Assembly (NCBI GenBank): GCA_009787085.1
Contig: WRGR01000045.1
Span: forward strand, 64,075 to 128,074
Direction: 5' to 3'
DNA: 64,000 nt
DNA from: Actinomycetes bacterium
GTDB taxonomy: Bacteria > Actinomycetota > Coriobacteriia > Coriobacteriales > UBA8131
The translations under genes were made by a program, and so were the position numbers. Shown here in pieces: positions 54,579 to 64,000 of the stretch. The notes below the pieces were generated by a model. It ran no database searches, was not told the DNA's origin, and saw only the letters and a program-made list of their open reading frames with translations. Within the stretch, counting starts at the first letter, position 1. Each line of letters starts with the position of its first letter.

Positions 54579-55772
54579 TCACAAGGACCGCCGCCACTCC
54601 AAGTAGCCCACTGCACAGGCCACGGCCATGGGTACTAAAAACAATAGCAGTTGCATGATGTCCAGGGGGGCGCCGAGGCTCCAAACGGAGAGTTGGTTGG
54701 AAAGCCAACTGGGGTTAAAGATGCGGATATTGGACTGCATCAAAGCGGTCGGATAAAAACCGCCGCCAGCAAAAAGCAAAAAGAAAAGAACAGCCAAACA
54801 GCCGATCAGCGTCCGGGTCGTTGCCACTTGAAGCTGCTGGCGAAAGCCACTGAACATCAAGTAAACCGGGCAAAGCAGCAAAGACAGCAAGACCGCAGAA
54901 AGCATAAGGCGTAAAATGTTCGGCCCTTCACCAACCAGTTGCAATATCAGCCCCAAGACCAGCCCCAAAACCAAGGCAATACTGGCGGACAGCAAAAGCT
55001 GGGAGGCGATCAAGTGACGGTAGCGAACGCGCTTGGTGTAAAGGTGGCGAAAATAGCCGCCAGCATATTGCCGCGCCGCAACCACCGCAACATAAAAACA
55101 GGCGATAGAAACCGTCAAGAAGAGGATCAAGGTCAGGGCTTGGGCATAATAGGGGGACACCGTTTGCGGAACATCAACATTGCTGGTGCGGGTAAAGGCC
55201 TCACCGATCAGCTTCATGTCAAAGCTGTCGGTCGCATCACTTAACTCTGCATAGCTGGAGAAAAAACTCTGAGCCCCCTGCCTAAACAGCAGCGAATAGC
55301 CCTGTAGCTGATCCAGTGTGTCTACGGCACTGTTGGCCACCGTGTAAATCACCGGACCCAGAAACGGATCATCTGACTTCACGGTGATGGTGGCATGGCC
55401 GCCATATACCAAGACATCCAGTGTATCGGCGGGCAAATAAATAGCTGCGTCCACCTGATGGGTAGCCAGTAAAGTCTCAGCCGCATCAGTACTACACATT
55501 TGAACGCTTTTAACAAATTTTATAGTACTTAATTGACTGTTTAAATTGCGAACCAGCGCATCATTGATATTGCCATCACCGTAAACGACGGCCAAAGACA
55601 CTTGGGGGACATCCTGTGCACTGAACAACTGCTTGGGCAAGCTGAGCAAAACGACAGCGATCAATGCCAGAAGCACGGCCAACAAGACCGCCACAAAACG
55701 TAGGGTAGCTTTCAAATTTGCCAAATAGAGCGCCACGGTCTTCTGAAGGCCGCCCAGCACAAAGCTCAACAC
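54579..55772 (-). CDS. ABC-2-type transporter permease
   Basis: 397 aa with the same topology as its neighbour. The start overlaps the ATPase stop. Confidence 0.7.
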   Translation of the reverse strand: MLSFVLGGLQKTVALYLANLKATLRFVAVLLAVLLALIAVVLLSLPKQLFSAQDVPQVSLAVVYGDGNINDALVRNLNSQLSTIKFVKSVQMCSTDAAETLLATHQVDAAIYLPADTLDVLVYGGHATITVKSDDPFLGPVIYTVANSAVDTLDQLQGYSLLFRQGAQSFFSSYAELSDATDSFDMKLIGEAFTRTSNVDVPQTVSPYYAQALTLILFLTVSIACFYVAVVAARQYAGGYFRHLYTKRVRYRHLIASQLLLSASIALVLGLVLGLILQLVGEGPNILRLMLSAVLLSLLLCPVYLMFSGFRQQLQVATTRTLIGCLAVLFFLLFAGGGFYPTALMQSNIRIFNPSWLSNQLSVWSLGAPLDIMQLLLFLVPMAVACAVGYLEWRRSL

Positions 55773-56383
55773 AAAGTAACCTCGGCTTTTGGCAGTGCCA
55801 AAATGTGCTCACAAATGCCCGAGAAGTCCTCGCGGTCATGTGAAACCATGACAATAGCCGCACCCCTCTCCTTCTCCGCATAAAGCACATGCCGCGCCTG
55901 TTCGCGTGAGTCCTCATCAAGGAAGGCAAAGACCTCATCGAGCAAGAGTATTTGCGGACTAGAAAGCAAAGCAGCAGCAATGGCACACCTAGCGCGCATC
56001 CCTGAAGAGCCTTTGGAGAAGACCTTCTTCATAAAAGGCAGTATCTCCAGCCGTGCTGCCACCAGCTGCACTTGCTGACGAGCCTGCTTGCCGCGCAGGC
56101 CGCTGAGGTAGGCTTCCAGCAACAAGTTGTCGGAAAAGCTCAACGACTCCTGAAAGCCACCGTGTTGCATCACGTAGCCGATGCTGCCGTTGACGCTGAC
56201 GCTGCCCGCCGTCGGCCGCTCCAAGCCGGCGATGATATCCAGTAGGCTGGTTTTGCCGGTGCCGTTACGGCCGACAATGCCCAAGCCCTCCCCAGCTTGG
56301 AGCTGGCAAGTAACCGGGGCGAATAAATCTTCGCCCCGGCGCTTTTTGATAGCGTTCAAACTGACTATTGCCACTGTTGGCAC
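55766..56383 (-). CDS. ABC transporter ATP-binding protein
   Basis: Walker A GRNGTGKTS, a degenerate signature SSGMRARCAIA, Walker B ILLLDE and an H-loop VSHD. Confidence 0.85.
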   Translation of the reverse strand: MPTVAIVSLNAIKKRRGEDLFAPVTCQLQAGEGLGIVGRNGTGKTSLLDIIAGLERPTAGSVSVNGSIGYVMQHGGFQESLSFSDNLLLEAYLSGLRGKQARQQVQLVAARLEILPFMKKVFSKGSSGMRARCAIAAALLSSPQILLLDEVFAFLDEDSREQARHVLYAEKERGAAIVMVSHDREDFSGICEHILALPKAEVTLC

Positions 56384-56409
56384 ACTCTCACGAAACCCGG
56401 GATAACCCT

Positions 56410-57891
56410 TCAGCTAGCCTTGGCATAGGCAGAAAGCGAATCCTGATTAGATGAGAACAGGTTGCCCCCATAGGGCGACTCCGGGGCATCCATGATCTGC
56501 TGAAGCTTGGAGTCGCCATCCAAGTGGGTGCTGTTAATGCCAGTAATCTGAACATTGCAGACGATGGGAACCCCTTCCGATGTAAAGCTCATCTTGAGCT
56601 TGGTGAGAATATCGGCATCAACAGTGAAGCCGATGTCGATGTTGCCTAGGGTTGATTGCTGAAGTGAGCTTGTCGCTTGTACGCAATAAGATCGCAGCTG
56701 ATCAGCGGCATCCGCATAGCTGCTGTCTTTGTCGCCAACACTTTTCGCATAGTCGCCAAGTGCCTGTATCATGGCCTGCGGATTGATCGTACCCTGATAG
56801 TCAGTGGCACTGCCGTTAACTTTAGTGCTGGCATTGCTCATGAACTTGTCTTGAACATCCTGCTTATTCACTTCCACAGTCATGAAATCACTGATGATTT
56901 TAGCCAGCTTGTCAGCGTTTTCGCTGTCCACACCCAAGCCGTACATTGGATTAGAGCTGAGGTCACTACCAGCGGCATCACTGAGCTTCTGGGACATCTG
57001 CTCGATGTAGGCCCTGTCCAACTTGCCGTTGTTGACTATCTTGTTCAGGTCAATGCCGATATTGTATTCTTCGTTGATAGCAACATTGGCATAGTCGATG
57101 ACACCGCTTTGCTTCGCGACAACTTGGATGCCTGATCCGCCGGAAGCCGAGCTGCTGGCACTACTAGCCTGATAGACAATCAATGTGTTATTACGCAAGA
57201 CCACACCATAATCACCAACATAGCCCCAGATGGTCGAGCTGGCGAGATCTTTGCCAAGCTCCCATTTAGCAGTCAGGCTAGTACCCATTTCCGCTGTGAC
57301 AGTAGCGCTACTGGTATTGAAGAGGAGGTTCTCCGTACCCTTGGACATGGCCTCTAAAGCAGTTTGCTGCTTCGGCTTGACTAGGCCGGGAAGCACTAAG
57401 GCCACCACGACTATCGCAGCAACAAGCAAGACAGCGATGCCGCCGATGATGAAGGGCAGAGCGCTACGCTTCTTCGGAGCCTCTTGAGCTGTTTCAGGGA
57501 CTGCCGATACTCCGGCCGGGTATGCTGCCGGTGGCACTGGCGGCTGCTGGTCGATGCCGGGCTGCGGAACTGGCGGAACCTGTGGCTGCAGCACTACCGG
57601 TTGGGCTACCGACTGCGGTTCGACCACCGGTTGCGGAGCCGGCGGCTGCGCAGCAACGGCCTCGGTTGGCACTGGGGGCACTACGGGCGGCTCAACGGGC
57701 ATTGCCGGAGGCGGCGCAGCTGGTTCCGGAACTGCCGACTGACTGATGTCGGGCACTGCAGCCGCAGCGGCCACGGAAGCGGCGGCAGCGGCCTGATTGG
57801 CAGCATCTTGCTGATCAGCACCGCAATAGGGACAAAATCTCGAAGTGTCGGGGACTTCTTTGTCACACTTCCAACATTGCATGACACCCAT
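56410..57891 (-). CDS. Zinc-ribbon membrane protein with a Pro-rich linker and an extracellular domain
   Basis: CWKCDKEVPDTSRFCPYCG, a Pro/Ala/Val-rich segment, one TM helix (LPFIIGGIAVLLVAAIVVVALVLPGL) and a ~330 aa C-terminal domain. It is the first gene of the ABC operon. Confidence 0.7.
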   Translation of the reverse strand: MGVMQCWKCDKEVPDTSRFCPYCGADQQDAANQAAAAASVAAAAAVPDISQSAVPEPAAPPPAMPVEPPVVPPVPTEAVAAQPPAPQPVVEPQSVAQPVVLQPQVPPVPQPGIDQQPPVPPAAYPAGVSAVPETAQEAPKKRSALPFIIGGIAVLLVAAIVVVALVLPGLVKPKQQTALEAMSKGTENLLFNTSSATVTAEMGTSLTAKWELGKDLASSTIWGYVGDYGVVLRNNTLIVYQASSASSSASGGSGIQVVAKQSGVIDYANVAINEEYNIGIDLNKIVNNGKLDRAYIEQMSQKLSDAAGSDLSSNPMYGLGVDSENADKLAKIISDFMTVEVNKQDVQDKFMSNASTKVNGSATDYQGTINPQAMIQALGDYAKSVGDKDSSYADAADQLRSYCVQATSSLQQSTLGNIDIGFTVDADILTKLKMSFTSEGVPIVCNVQITGINSTHLDGDSKLQQIMDAPESPYGGNLFSSNQDSLSAYAKAS

Positions 57892-58060
57892 CCTTTCTTG
57901 TTAGTTGTTCACTGCTAGTATGATCCTTTATATTGTAACCTTGAAAACCATCAACCAAGCAGCCCAAATTGAGATTTTGCTGTATATCGCTATGAAATTA
58001 TTTCGGATGCCCTCACCAAGAATCACAGCACTGAACAGAGTCTGAAAAAACACCCTGGGG

Positions 58061-58186
58061 AGATGCCGATTAGCCCCAAACTCCGCCCCACACGGCTCCC
58101 GGGCCGCAATCTTTAACCCTGCTGATCAGGGGGAAGATTGCCGGTCAAGTCGGCAATGACCGCAGTTTATGAGTTAATCGGCATCT
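58061..58186 (-). repeat. Structured TIR repeat element, copy E2 (best preserved)
   Basis: Perfect 12 bp terminal inverted repeats AGATGCCGATTA / TAATCGGCATCT. Nested internal stems are GCAATCTT...AAGATTGC enclosing CCCTG-ctgat-CAGGG, and CGGTCA...TGACCG. It is the reverse complement of E1. Confidence 0.75.
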
Positions 58187-58294
58187 CTCTAGCTGTATTA
58201 TGATTGTTTGCAATAGATGTTGTAGCGGCTTAGGTGGCGGCCGGCGTGAGTGAAGCCCATGGGCAGCCAGAGCAATAGGAAGGGAGCTAGCAAA

Positions 58295-58768
58295 ATGAAT
58301 GTGCATTACTATGAGTACCCGGTTGGGGTTGTCGGCATAGAGGCAACAGGCGATGCGATAACGGGCATTTTCTTCGGTAACCGCAAAAAGGCAGATGACG
58401 TTATTGGAGAGACAAGCGTCATCAAAAGCGCGGCGACACAGCTTGACGAGTACTTCGCTGGGAACCGTAAGGGGTTTGACTTGCCGCTTTGCGCTCACGG
58501 GACAAGTTTTCAGCAATCCGTCTGGAAAGCCTTGTGCTCCATCCCCTATGGCGAAACTAGGAGTTACGGAGAAGTGGCACGCGCTGTGGGCAACGCGAAT
58601 GCCTTCCGTGCCGTAGGGGCGGCGAACCACTGCAACCCGATTGCGATTGTGGTTCCCTGCCATCGCGTTGTTCGCCAAGGGGGCAGTCTAGGCGGATACG
58701 CGGGCGGCTTGGACATAAAAAAATACTTGCTCGAATTGGAGAAGTCATGCTCTTTTTCTCTTGGCTAA
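58295..58768 (+). CDS. ogt: Methylated-DNA--protein-cysteine methyltransferase
   Basis: Active site PCHRVV and the helix-turn-wing region YGEVARAVGNANAFRAVGAANHCNPIAIVVPCHRVV. The ATG at 58295 follows GGAAGGGAG. Confidence 0.9.
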   Translation: MNVHYYEYPVGVVGIEATGDAITGIFFGNRKKADDVIGETSVIKSAATQLDEYFAGNRKGFDLPLCAHGTSFQQSVWKALCSIPYGETRSYGEVARAVGNANAFRAVGAANHCNPIAIVVPCHRVVRQGGSLGGYAGGLDIKKYLLELEKSCSFSLG

Positions 58769-58791
58769 ACCAGCACGGTTCTATCGTGCCA

Positions 58792-58829
58792 GTCACAACT
58801 GTTGTCATGCCTTTGATGACAGTTGTGAC
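58792..58829. terminator. Hairpin downstream of ogt
   Basis: GTCACAACTGT(tgt)CAT-gcctttg-ATGACAGTTGTGAC, about 14 bp with a 3 nt bulge. Confidence 0.45.
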
Positions 58830-58841
58830 TGAAAACAGATA

Positions 58842-58871
58842 CAGGGTGCCGCTGGTAGTTGCGGCACCCTG
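58842..58871. terminator. Hairpin downstream of clpB
   Basis: CAGGGTGCCGC-tggtagtt-GCGGCACCCTG, a perfect 11 bp stem followed on the minus strand by a T-rich tract (TATCTGTTTTC). Confidence 0.6.
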
Positions 58872-58900
58872 GTGGTTGACCCGCTATGGCTTGCTACTCT

Positions 58901-61738
58901 CTACGAGGTCACTTTGACTGCGTACTCTGAGCGGTCGTCTAGGTCTACCAGCAGATGATCGCCCTCGTGAATCTGGCCGGCCACGATTTTGGTGGCCAAG
59001 AGGTCGACGATGTTTCGCTGGATCAGGCGCTTCAGTGGCCGTGCCCCGTATACCGGATCAAAGCCATCGATGGCCAGCTGTTCGGCTGCCGCCGGTGCCA
59101 CTTGGACACTGATCTTGCGGCCTTCTAGGCGCTGGCAGACCTCAGCCAGTTGCAGATCGACGATGACATCAATGTCGGACATGTCCAAGGCTTGGAAGAT
59201 GATGATGTCGTCGATGCGGTTTAAGAACTCCGGCCGGAAGGTGGCCCGCAGGGCTTCGTCGATCGCCCGTTCCAAGCGGCGACGGCTAAGCTGCTCGGCT
59301 TGGGGCCCAAACTCGGCTTGGCCGGACCCACCTGAGCGCTTGACCGAGTGTTTGGAGCCGGTGCCCTCCATGCCCAGCCGCTCGGAGATCTCGCTGACCA
59401 TTCCGTCGACCATGCCCTTCATGCCGCCGGCATCAGAGAGCTGCGCCGCCATGTCGCCCTTGTCCGCCCCGAAGGATGAGCCCAGCTTATCCAAGGTGCC
59501 TGTCGGCTCTTCGCCGCCGGCGAACTGACGGGCGTTGAACTCCCGAATGAACTGCGAGCCAACGTTAGAGGTCATGATGATGATGGCGTTGCGGAAGCTC
59601 ACCTGCCGTCCCTGGCCGTCGGTCAGGCGGCCGTCGTCGAGTACCTGCAGCAAGACATTGAAGACATCCGGATGAGCCTTCTCGATCTCATCTAGCAGAA
59701 TCACGCTGTAGGGGCGGCGGCGCACAGCCTCTGTCAGTTGGCCGCCCTCGTCATAGCCAACATAGCCGGGAGGTGCGCCGATCAGCCGCTGGACGCTGAA
59801 CTTCTCCATATACTCGCTCATGTCGATGCGCACCATCGCCCGCTCGTCGTCGAAGAGGAAGGCCGCCAAGGTCTTAGCCAGCTCGGTCTTGCCTACTCCT
59901 GTGGGGCCTAGGAAGAGGAAGGTGCCGATGGGCTTCTCTGGGTCGGCCAAGCCAGCCCGCGAGCGACGGATAGCGCCGGAGACCGCAGCCACCGCCTCAT
60001 CTTGGCCGACCACCCGTTTGTGCAGTTCGTCTTCTAAATGCACCAGCTTCTCCAGCTCGCCTTGCATCATCTTGCTCACTGGAATGCCCGTCCAAGTAGA
60101 GACGACTGCGGCGATCTCCTCCTCGCTGACCTCTTCTTTGAGAATGCCGCCGTCGGCCTGCTTGTTCTCCAGCAGCTTGGTGGCAGCTTCTAAGTCGTTT
60201 TGCAGCTGGGGGATCCGCCCATAGCGCAGCTCACTGGCCTGCTGCAGGTCGCCGTCACGGGTGGCGCGTTCGTATTCGCCCTGTGCTTGGTCGAGATCGG
60301 CCTTCAGCGTCTGCACCCGGGTGATAGCGTCCTTCTCGTTTGCCCAGCCGGCCTTCATGCCGTCCAACTTCTGCTTCAGGTCGGCCATGTCGCGGCGGAG
60401 GTTGTCCAAGCGCTCCTGGGAGGCCTTGTCGCTTTCTTTGAGCAGAGCTTGCTCCTCGATCTGCATCTGGATCAACTGGCGGTCAGTGGCATCTATTTCC
60501 TCGGGCATCGAGTCGATCTCGATGCGTAGGCGACTGGCAGCCTCGTCCATCAGGTCGATGGCCTTGTCCGGCAGAAAACGGTCAGAGATATAGCGATAAG
60601 AGAGCTCGGCAGCAGCCACTAAGGCGGTGTCGGTAATGCGCACCCCGTGGTGGATCTCGTATTTCTCCTTCAGGCCACGCAGTATCGAGATAGTGTCCTC
60701 AACGCTTGGCTCACCAACGTAGACCGGCTGGAAGCGGCGCTCCAAGGCGGCATCTTTCTCCACATACTTGCGGTACTCGTCCAGCGTGGTGGCACCAATG
60801 GTGTGCAGCTGGCCGCGCGAGAGAGCGGGCTTCAGCATATTGCCAGCATCCAGTGAGCCCTCACCGCCGGTACCGGCTCCGACTATCGTGTGCAGCTCGT
60901 CGATGAACAAGATGACATGGCCATCAGAGTTCTCCACTTCGCGCAGCACAGCCTTGAAGCGGTCCTCGAACTCACCGCGGTACTTGGCACCAGCCAGCAT
61001 GGCAGCGATGTCCAAAGCCACGATGTCCCGGTCTTTGAGCGAGGATGGCACGTCACCGGCAACGATGCGCTGTGCCAAGCCCTCGACAATGGCCGTCTTG
61101 CCGGTGCCTGGCTCGCCGATCAACACTGGGTTGTTCTTGGTGCGGCGGCTGAGCACCTGGATGGTGCGGCGGATCTCCTCAGCCCGACCGATCACCGGGT
61201 CGAGCTTGCCGGCCCGAGCGGCCTCGGTGAGGTTTCGCCCATAGTGCTCCAAGGCATCGAACTCGGTTTTAGCATCCTGGTCGGTAACCCGGGTGTCACC
61301 ACGCAGCTCGTCATAGGCCTGCTCTAGGCGGGCATGGGTCACCCCAGCCATACTCAACACCTTGCCGGCAGCACCTTTGTCCTCGGTCAGGGCAATCAAC
61401 AGATGCTCGGTGGTGGTGAAGCTGTCTTCCATCTTAGCCGCAATCTTCTCTGCCGCATCAATACAGCGGACAAAACGTTGCGAGGGCACCGGCACACCCA
61501 AGCCGTTGTTACCGCTGACCTTGGGGGCTTGTTTCAGCTCGTCGCTGACCGCAGTCTCTAGAGCCCCGGCCGATGCCCCAACCCGTTCAATAATACTGGT
61601 CAGGTTGGCCTCGTGGGAGTCGAGCAGCGCTTTCAACAGATGCTCGGGCTCCATGGTGCTGCTTTGATAGTCTGATGCGACACCCATTGCCTGTTGGAAT
61701 GCCTCCTGTGCGGAGACTGCCAGTTTATCAAGTCTCAT
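58901..61738 (-). CDS. clpB: Chaperone disaggregase ClpB
   Basis: Two AAA+ P-loops ([20 protein letters not shown]) and a long coiled-coil M-domain. There is a ~75 aa insertion before [10 protein letters not shown]. Confidence 0.93.
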   Translation of the reverse strand: MRLDKLAVSAQEAFQQAMGVASDYQSSTMEPEHLLKALLDSHEANLTSIIERVGASAGALETAVSDELKQAPKVSGNNGLGVPVPSQRFVRCIDAAEKIAAKMEDSFTTTEHLLIALTEDKGAAGKVLSMAGVTHARLEQAYDELRGDTRVTDQDAKTEFDALEHYGRNLTEAARAGKLDPVIGRAEEIRRTIQVLSRRTKNNPVLIGEPGTGKTAIVEGLAQRIVAGDVPSSLKDRDIVALDIAAMLAGAKYRGEFEDRFKAVLREVENSDGHVILFIDELHTIVGAGTGGEGSLDAGNMLKPALSRGQLHTIGATTLDEYRKYVEKDAALERRFQPVYVGEPSVEDTISILRGLKEKYEIHHGVRITDTALVAAAELSYRYISDRFLPDKAIDLMDEAASRLRIEIDSMPEEIDATDRQLIQMQIEEQALLKESDKASQERLDNLRRDMADLKQKLDGMKAGWANEKDAITRVQTLKADLDQAQGEYERATRDGDLQQASELRYGRIPQLQNDLEAATKLLENKQADGGILKEEVSEEEIAAVVSTWTGIPVSKMMQGELEKLVHLEDELHKRVVGQDEAVAAVSGAIRRSRAGLADPEKPIGTFLFLGPTGVGKTELAKTLAAFLFDDERAMVRIDMSEYMEKFSVQRLIGAPPGYVGYDEGGQLTEAVRRRPYSVILLDEIEKAHPDVFNVLLQVLDDGRLTDGQGRQVSFRNAIIIMTSNVGSQFIREFNARQFAGGEEPTGTLDKLGSSFGADKGDMAAQLSDAGGMKGMVDGMVSEISERLGMEGTGSKHSVKRSGGSGQAEFGPQAEQLSRRRLERAIDEALRATFRPEFLNRIDDIIIFQALDMSDIDVIVDLQLAEVCQRLEGRKISVQVAPAAAEQLAIDGFDPVYGARPLKRLIQRNIVDLLATKIVAGQIHEGDHLLVDLDDRSEYAVKVTS

Positions 61739-61757
61739 ATATATACCTACCCCTCAC

Positions 61758-62144
61758 TCATTCACCTTCAAATATCCGCAGCGCCTGATTGGTAGTGCGC
61801 GCCAATGCTACGATGCGGTTGCGCAGCTCGTACTCATGGAGTTGCTGCTCCATGTTGCTGATTTTCTTGCGCAGCAAGTCGGCCTCATCGCTTTTTTGAT
61901 CCAAGCGATTCTGAAGGTCGATGATGCGCATTACACCGGCTAGGTTGATGCCTTCAGCAGTCAGCTGGCCGATCAACTCTAGGCGGTCGATGTCGGCCTG
62001 AGAATAGAGCCGGGTGTTGCCAGCCGAACGCTGTGGCGTCACCAAGCCGCGGGTCTCGTAGATGCGCAGCGTTTGTGGGTGCAGCCCGGCCAGCTCAGCA
62101 GCAACACTGATCATGTAAAGCGGACGGTTGCGGTCAGTGGACAT
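61758..62144 (-). CDS. hspR: Heat-shock MerR-family repressor HspR
   Basis: [40 protein letters not shown]. The ATG at 62144 (MSTDRNRP) overlaps the dnaJ stop. The ORF-track start at 62273 lies inside dnaJ. Confidence 0.85.
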   Translation of the reverse strand: MSTDRNRPLYMISVAAELAGLHPQTLRIYETRGLVTPQRSAGNTRLYSQADIDRLELIGQLTAEGINLAGVMRIIDLQNRLDQKSDEADLLRKKISNMEQQLHEYELRNRIVALARTTNQALRIFEGE

Positions 62145-63180
62145 GTTCTTCCCTGCTTTCTTTCTTCGCCACTGGGGCGCTGCCGAGGGCTTGGGCGATC
62201 TTTGGCCGAATGTCGGTGCCGGCCGGGTCGCTGGCTTGGGCAAAAGCTTCCAAAGCGGCCTTTTGGCCATCATTGAGCTGGCTGGGCAGGGTCAAGTGAG
62301 CTATGACTTTCAGATCACCAGCACCCTCGCCTTTGACCCGGGGCGCGCCCTTGCTGCGCACCACGAAGGTCTTGCCGTCGGCTGTACCCGCCGGAATGCG
62401 CAACTTGACCCGGCTGCCGTCGGGAGCAGGAACTATGATTTGCGCCCCCAGGGCTGCTTCGGCTACCGAAACCGGCAGGTCCAACTCGACATCAGCGCCA
62501 TCGCGGCGATACAGCGGATGGGGCAAGATATTCGTAACGATCACCAAATCGCCCTTGCCGCCCGCGCCTTGGCCGGCCGATCCCCGGCCTTTGTAGCGTA
62601 ATTTGCCACCGCTCACTGCCCCGGCCGGCACCTTGACCTCGATGTTCTGCTCTTTGCCATCACCGGTCTTGATAGTCACTCGCTTATTTGCGCCCTTGAA
62701 GGCCTCTTCGAAGCTGACGTCCAAGTTGACTTGGACGTCCCGCCCCTTGGCTGTGCCTTGGGGGAACTCCCAGTCAGTGCCGAAGGCTCCCTCACCGCGG
62801 CTGATGCGGCTGAAAATATCACCAAGGTTGCCGAAGTCACCAACCACAGTGCGCCAGGATTTTCCGCCCTTGCCACCACCGCCTTGGCCGCCGGCCCAGT
62901 TGAAAGGCCCGCCCGCACCACCATAGCCAGCCGCCCCAGCCCCGGCCGCGCCGGCGGCACCGCCAAATGCACCGAAACGCAACAGGTTGTCGTACTCGCT
63001 GCGCTTCTCCTTGTCTGAGAGCACGTCGTAGGCGTTGGATACTTCTTTGAACTTGGCCTCATCACCGCCGGCATCTGGATGATGCTTGCGCGCCAGCTTC
63101 TTGAAGGCCTTCTTTATTTCATCGGTGGAGGCACTCTGTTTGACACCGAGTATCTCGTAGTAGTTCTTTTCTGTTGCCAT
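62134..63180 (-). CDS. dnaJ: DnaJ-class co-chaperone lacking the zinc-finger domain (type II/CbpA-like)
   Basis: J domain with HPD ([10 protein letters not shown]), a Gly-rich region and C-terminal substrate-binding domains. The 348 aa contain no cysteine. Confidence 0.88.
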   Translation of the reverse strand: MATEKNYYEILGVKQSASTDEIKKAFKKLARKHHPDAGGDEAKFKEVSNAYDVLSDKEKRSEYDNLLRFGAFGGAAGAAGAGAAGYGGAGGPFNWAGGQGGGGKGGKSWRTVVGDFGNLGDIFSRISRGEGAFGTDWEFPQGTAKGRDVQVNLDVSFEEAFKGANKRVTIKTGDGKEQNIEVKVPAGAVSGGKLRYKGRGSAGQGAGGKGDLVIVTNILPHPLYRRDGADVELDLPVSVAEAALGAQIIVPAPDGSRVKLRIPAGTADGKTFVVRSKGAPRVKGEGAGDLKVIAHLTLPSQLNDGQKAALEAFAQASDPAGTDIRPKIAQALGSAPVAKKESREEHVH

Positions 63181-63231
63181 CGCCTCCCACCTCCTTTTTG
63201 TCCTGTGTCGGATGCCTTGACGGATCAGCGC

Positions 63232-64000
63232 CTAAACAGCGCTGCTGCAACTGGCATCCTTGTCGTTTTCGTTGTCGTCTGCGGCCGTAGCCGCTGTTGC
63301 CTTGTTATTGCCCACAGCAAACGCATCGGAAACATCAGGGGCAACACGGGCAGGCCCGCCACTGGAAACCGCAACCATGGCGCTACGCAGCACCCGATCA
63401 CCCATCCCATAACCTTTCTGGTAAACCTGGGTCACCGTCTCATCTGGCAGGCTGGGGTCATCGACCCTGGCCACCGCTTGGTGCAGGTTGATGTCAAAGG
63501 CCTCGCCTTCGGGATCTATCTCCATCACGCCTTCCTTGGCCAAGGCCTCTTTCAGCTTGGCCAGTACCGCTGTGATGCCCTCGGCCAAGCTCTCAATACT
63601 GGCAGTATCGATATGCCCGACCGCCCGTTCCATGTCGTCAATGACCGGCAGAATTCGCTCCACTAGATGAGCGGCGGCCCGCTGCCGTTCTGCCTCGCGC
63701 TCAGCGGCCGTGCGCTTGCGGTAGTTGTCCCACTCGGCCTGCAAACGCAAGAAGCGGTCGTTCATCTCAGCCAGCGCGGCTTGGCTGGCTGCCAAGTCAT
63801 CTGTCACTTCTTCCTGACAGGCATCTACACCCTCGGAGTGCTCCGCCGCTGCGTCATAGGATGCCTCTACATCCCCGACCGCAGCAGCGGCATCACTGGC
63901 CGCTGTCCGACCGACTGCCACATCACGCTTCGCCGTCGCCCGACCAGTCGCCGGTGCGGCTGGGGCTGCGGCCTTGCCGTCCGCTGCCGATTTCTTGTTG
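63232..64000 (-). CDS. grpE: Nucleotide exchange factor GrpE (5' end probably beyond the window)
   Basis: Coiled-coil region plus the C-terminal beta domain (VTQVYQKGYGMGDRVLRSAMVAV). The frame stays open from the GTG at 63921 to the right edge. Confidence 0.85.
   Translation of the reverse strand, partial: NKKSAADGKAAAPAAPATGRATAKRDVAVGRTAASDAAAAVGDVEASYDAAAEHSEGVDACQEEVTDDLAASQAALAEMNDRFLRLQAEWDNYRKRTAAEREAERQRAAAHLVERILPVIDDMERAVGHIDTASIESLAEGITAVLAKLKEALAKEGVMEIDPEGEAFDINLHQAVARVDDPSLPDETVTQVYQKGYGMGDRVLRSAMVAVSSGGPARVAPDVSDAFAVGNNKATAATAADDNENDKDASCSSAV

Noticed and set aside
58145-58678. Minus-strand 177 aa ORF overlapping ogt
   Set aside because: It is antisense to ogt, which has a clear PCHRVV active site, and its 3' end runs into the repeat element. 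No family similarity.
1-64000. Searched for CRISPR arrays, rRNA genes, transposases, integrases and prophage genes
   Set aside because: None found. The only tandem repeats (96 bp x2, 12 bp x4, the PT linker) are coding, and the dispersed TIR elements lack spacers and any adjacent cas or transposase genes.

Overview
The window looks like a chromosomal segment of a high-GC Gram-positive anaerobe, probably Actinomycetota and possibly Coriobacteriia-like. That guess rests on the grpE-dnaJ-hspR-clpB order, an LCP protein, a DUF2510 protein, lysS-clpC and many Ala-rich linkers. All calls were made by eye from the ORF translations and the nucleotide sequence; no searches were run, so family names need HMM or BLAST confirmation.

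- **Left part (1-10 kb):** an FtsK gamma-domain remnant joined to an AT-richer stretch, then class II RNR nrdJ with candidate NrdR boxes. These are followed by nth, an OmpR-type response regulator and histidine kinase with an overlapping membrane protein, rsmI, folK, tRNA-His and tRNA-Lys.
- **Centre (about 10.1-33.5 kb):** an accessory C1/H2 block, which is the main finding.
  - It holds a six-gene Ech-type group 4 [NiFe]-hydrogenase operon and a histidine-rich protein paired with a CooT-like nickel chaperone.
  - A roughly 15.6 kb minus-strand operon encodes CODH/ACS: acsA, an in-frame acsB-acsD fusion, acsC, a RACo/AcsV-like activator and two cooC genes.
  - That operon opens with two homocysteine-type Zn methyltransferase modules (MetH Hcy-domain-like and core-MetE-like), and no AcsE is recognisable.
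  - It ends with a ferredoxin, a Cys-rich small protein, two DUF3786-like paralogues (a third lies beside ech) and a PucR-type regulator.
- **Right part (33.5-64 kb):**
  - a low-GC GGDEF gene and the ispD-ispF-cysE-cysS-rlmB-yacP operon;
  - a secreted amidase, then greA-lysS-clpC, tatA, galU, a phosphohexomutase, an ACT protein and an LCP protein;
  - an ABC-2 exporter operon with a decayed ABC ATPase fragment, ogt, and clpB-hspR-dnaJ-grpE.
- **Non-coding highlights:**
  - a family of about 120-130 bp structured elements with inverted-repeat ends (AGATGCCGATTA): two clear copies and two degenerate candidates;
  - a 96 bp near-perfect tandem duplication in the His-rich gene, and a 12 bp x4 repeat in the ABC pseudogene;
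  - several strong hairpins.

No rRNA, CRISPR array, transposase or integrase was seen.
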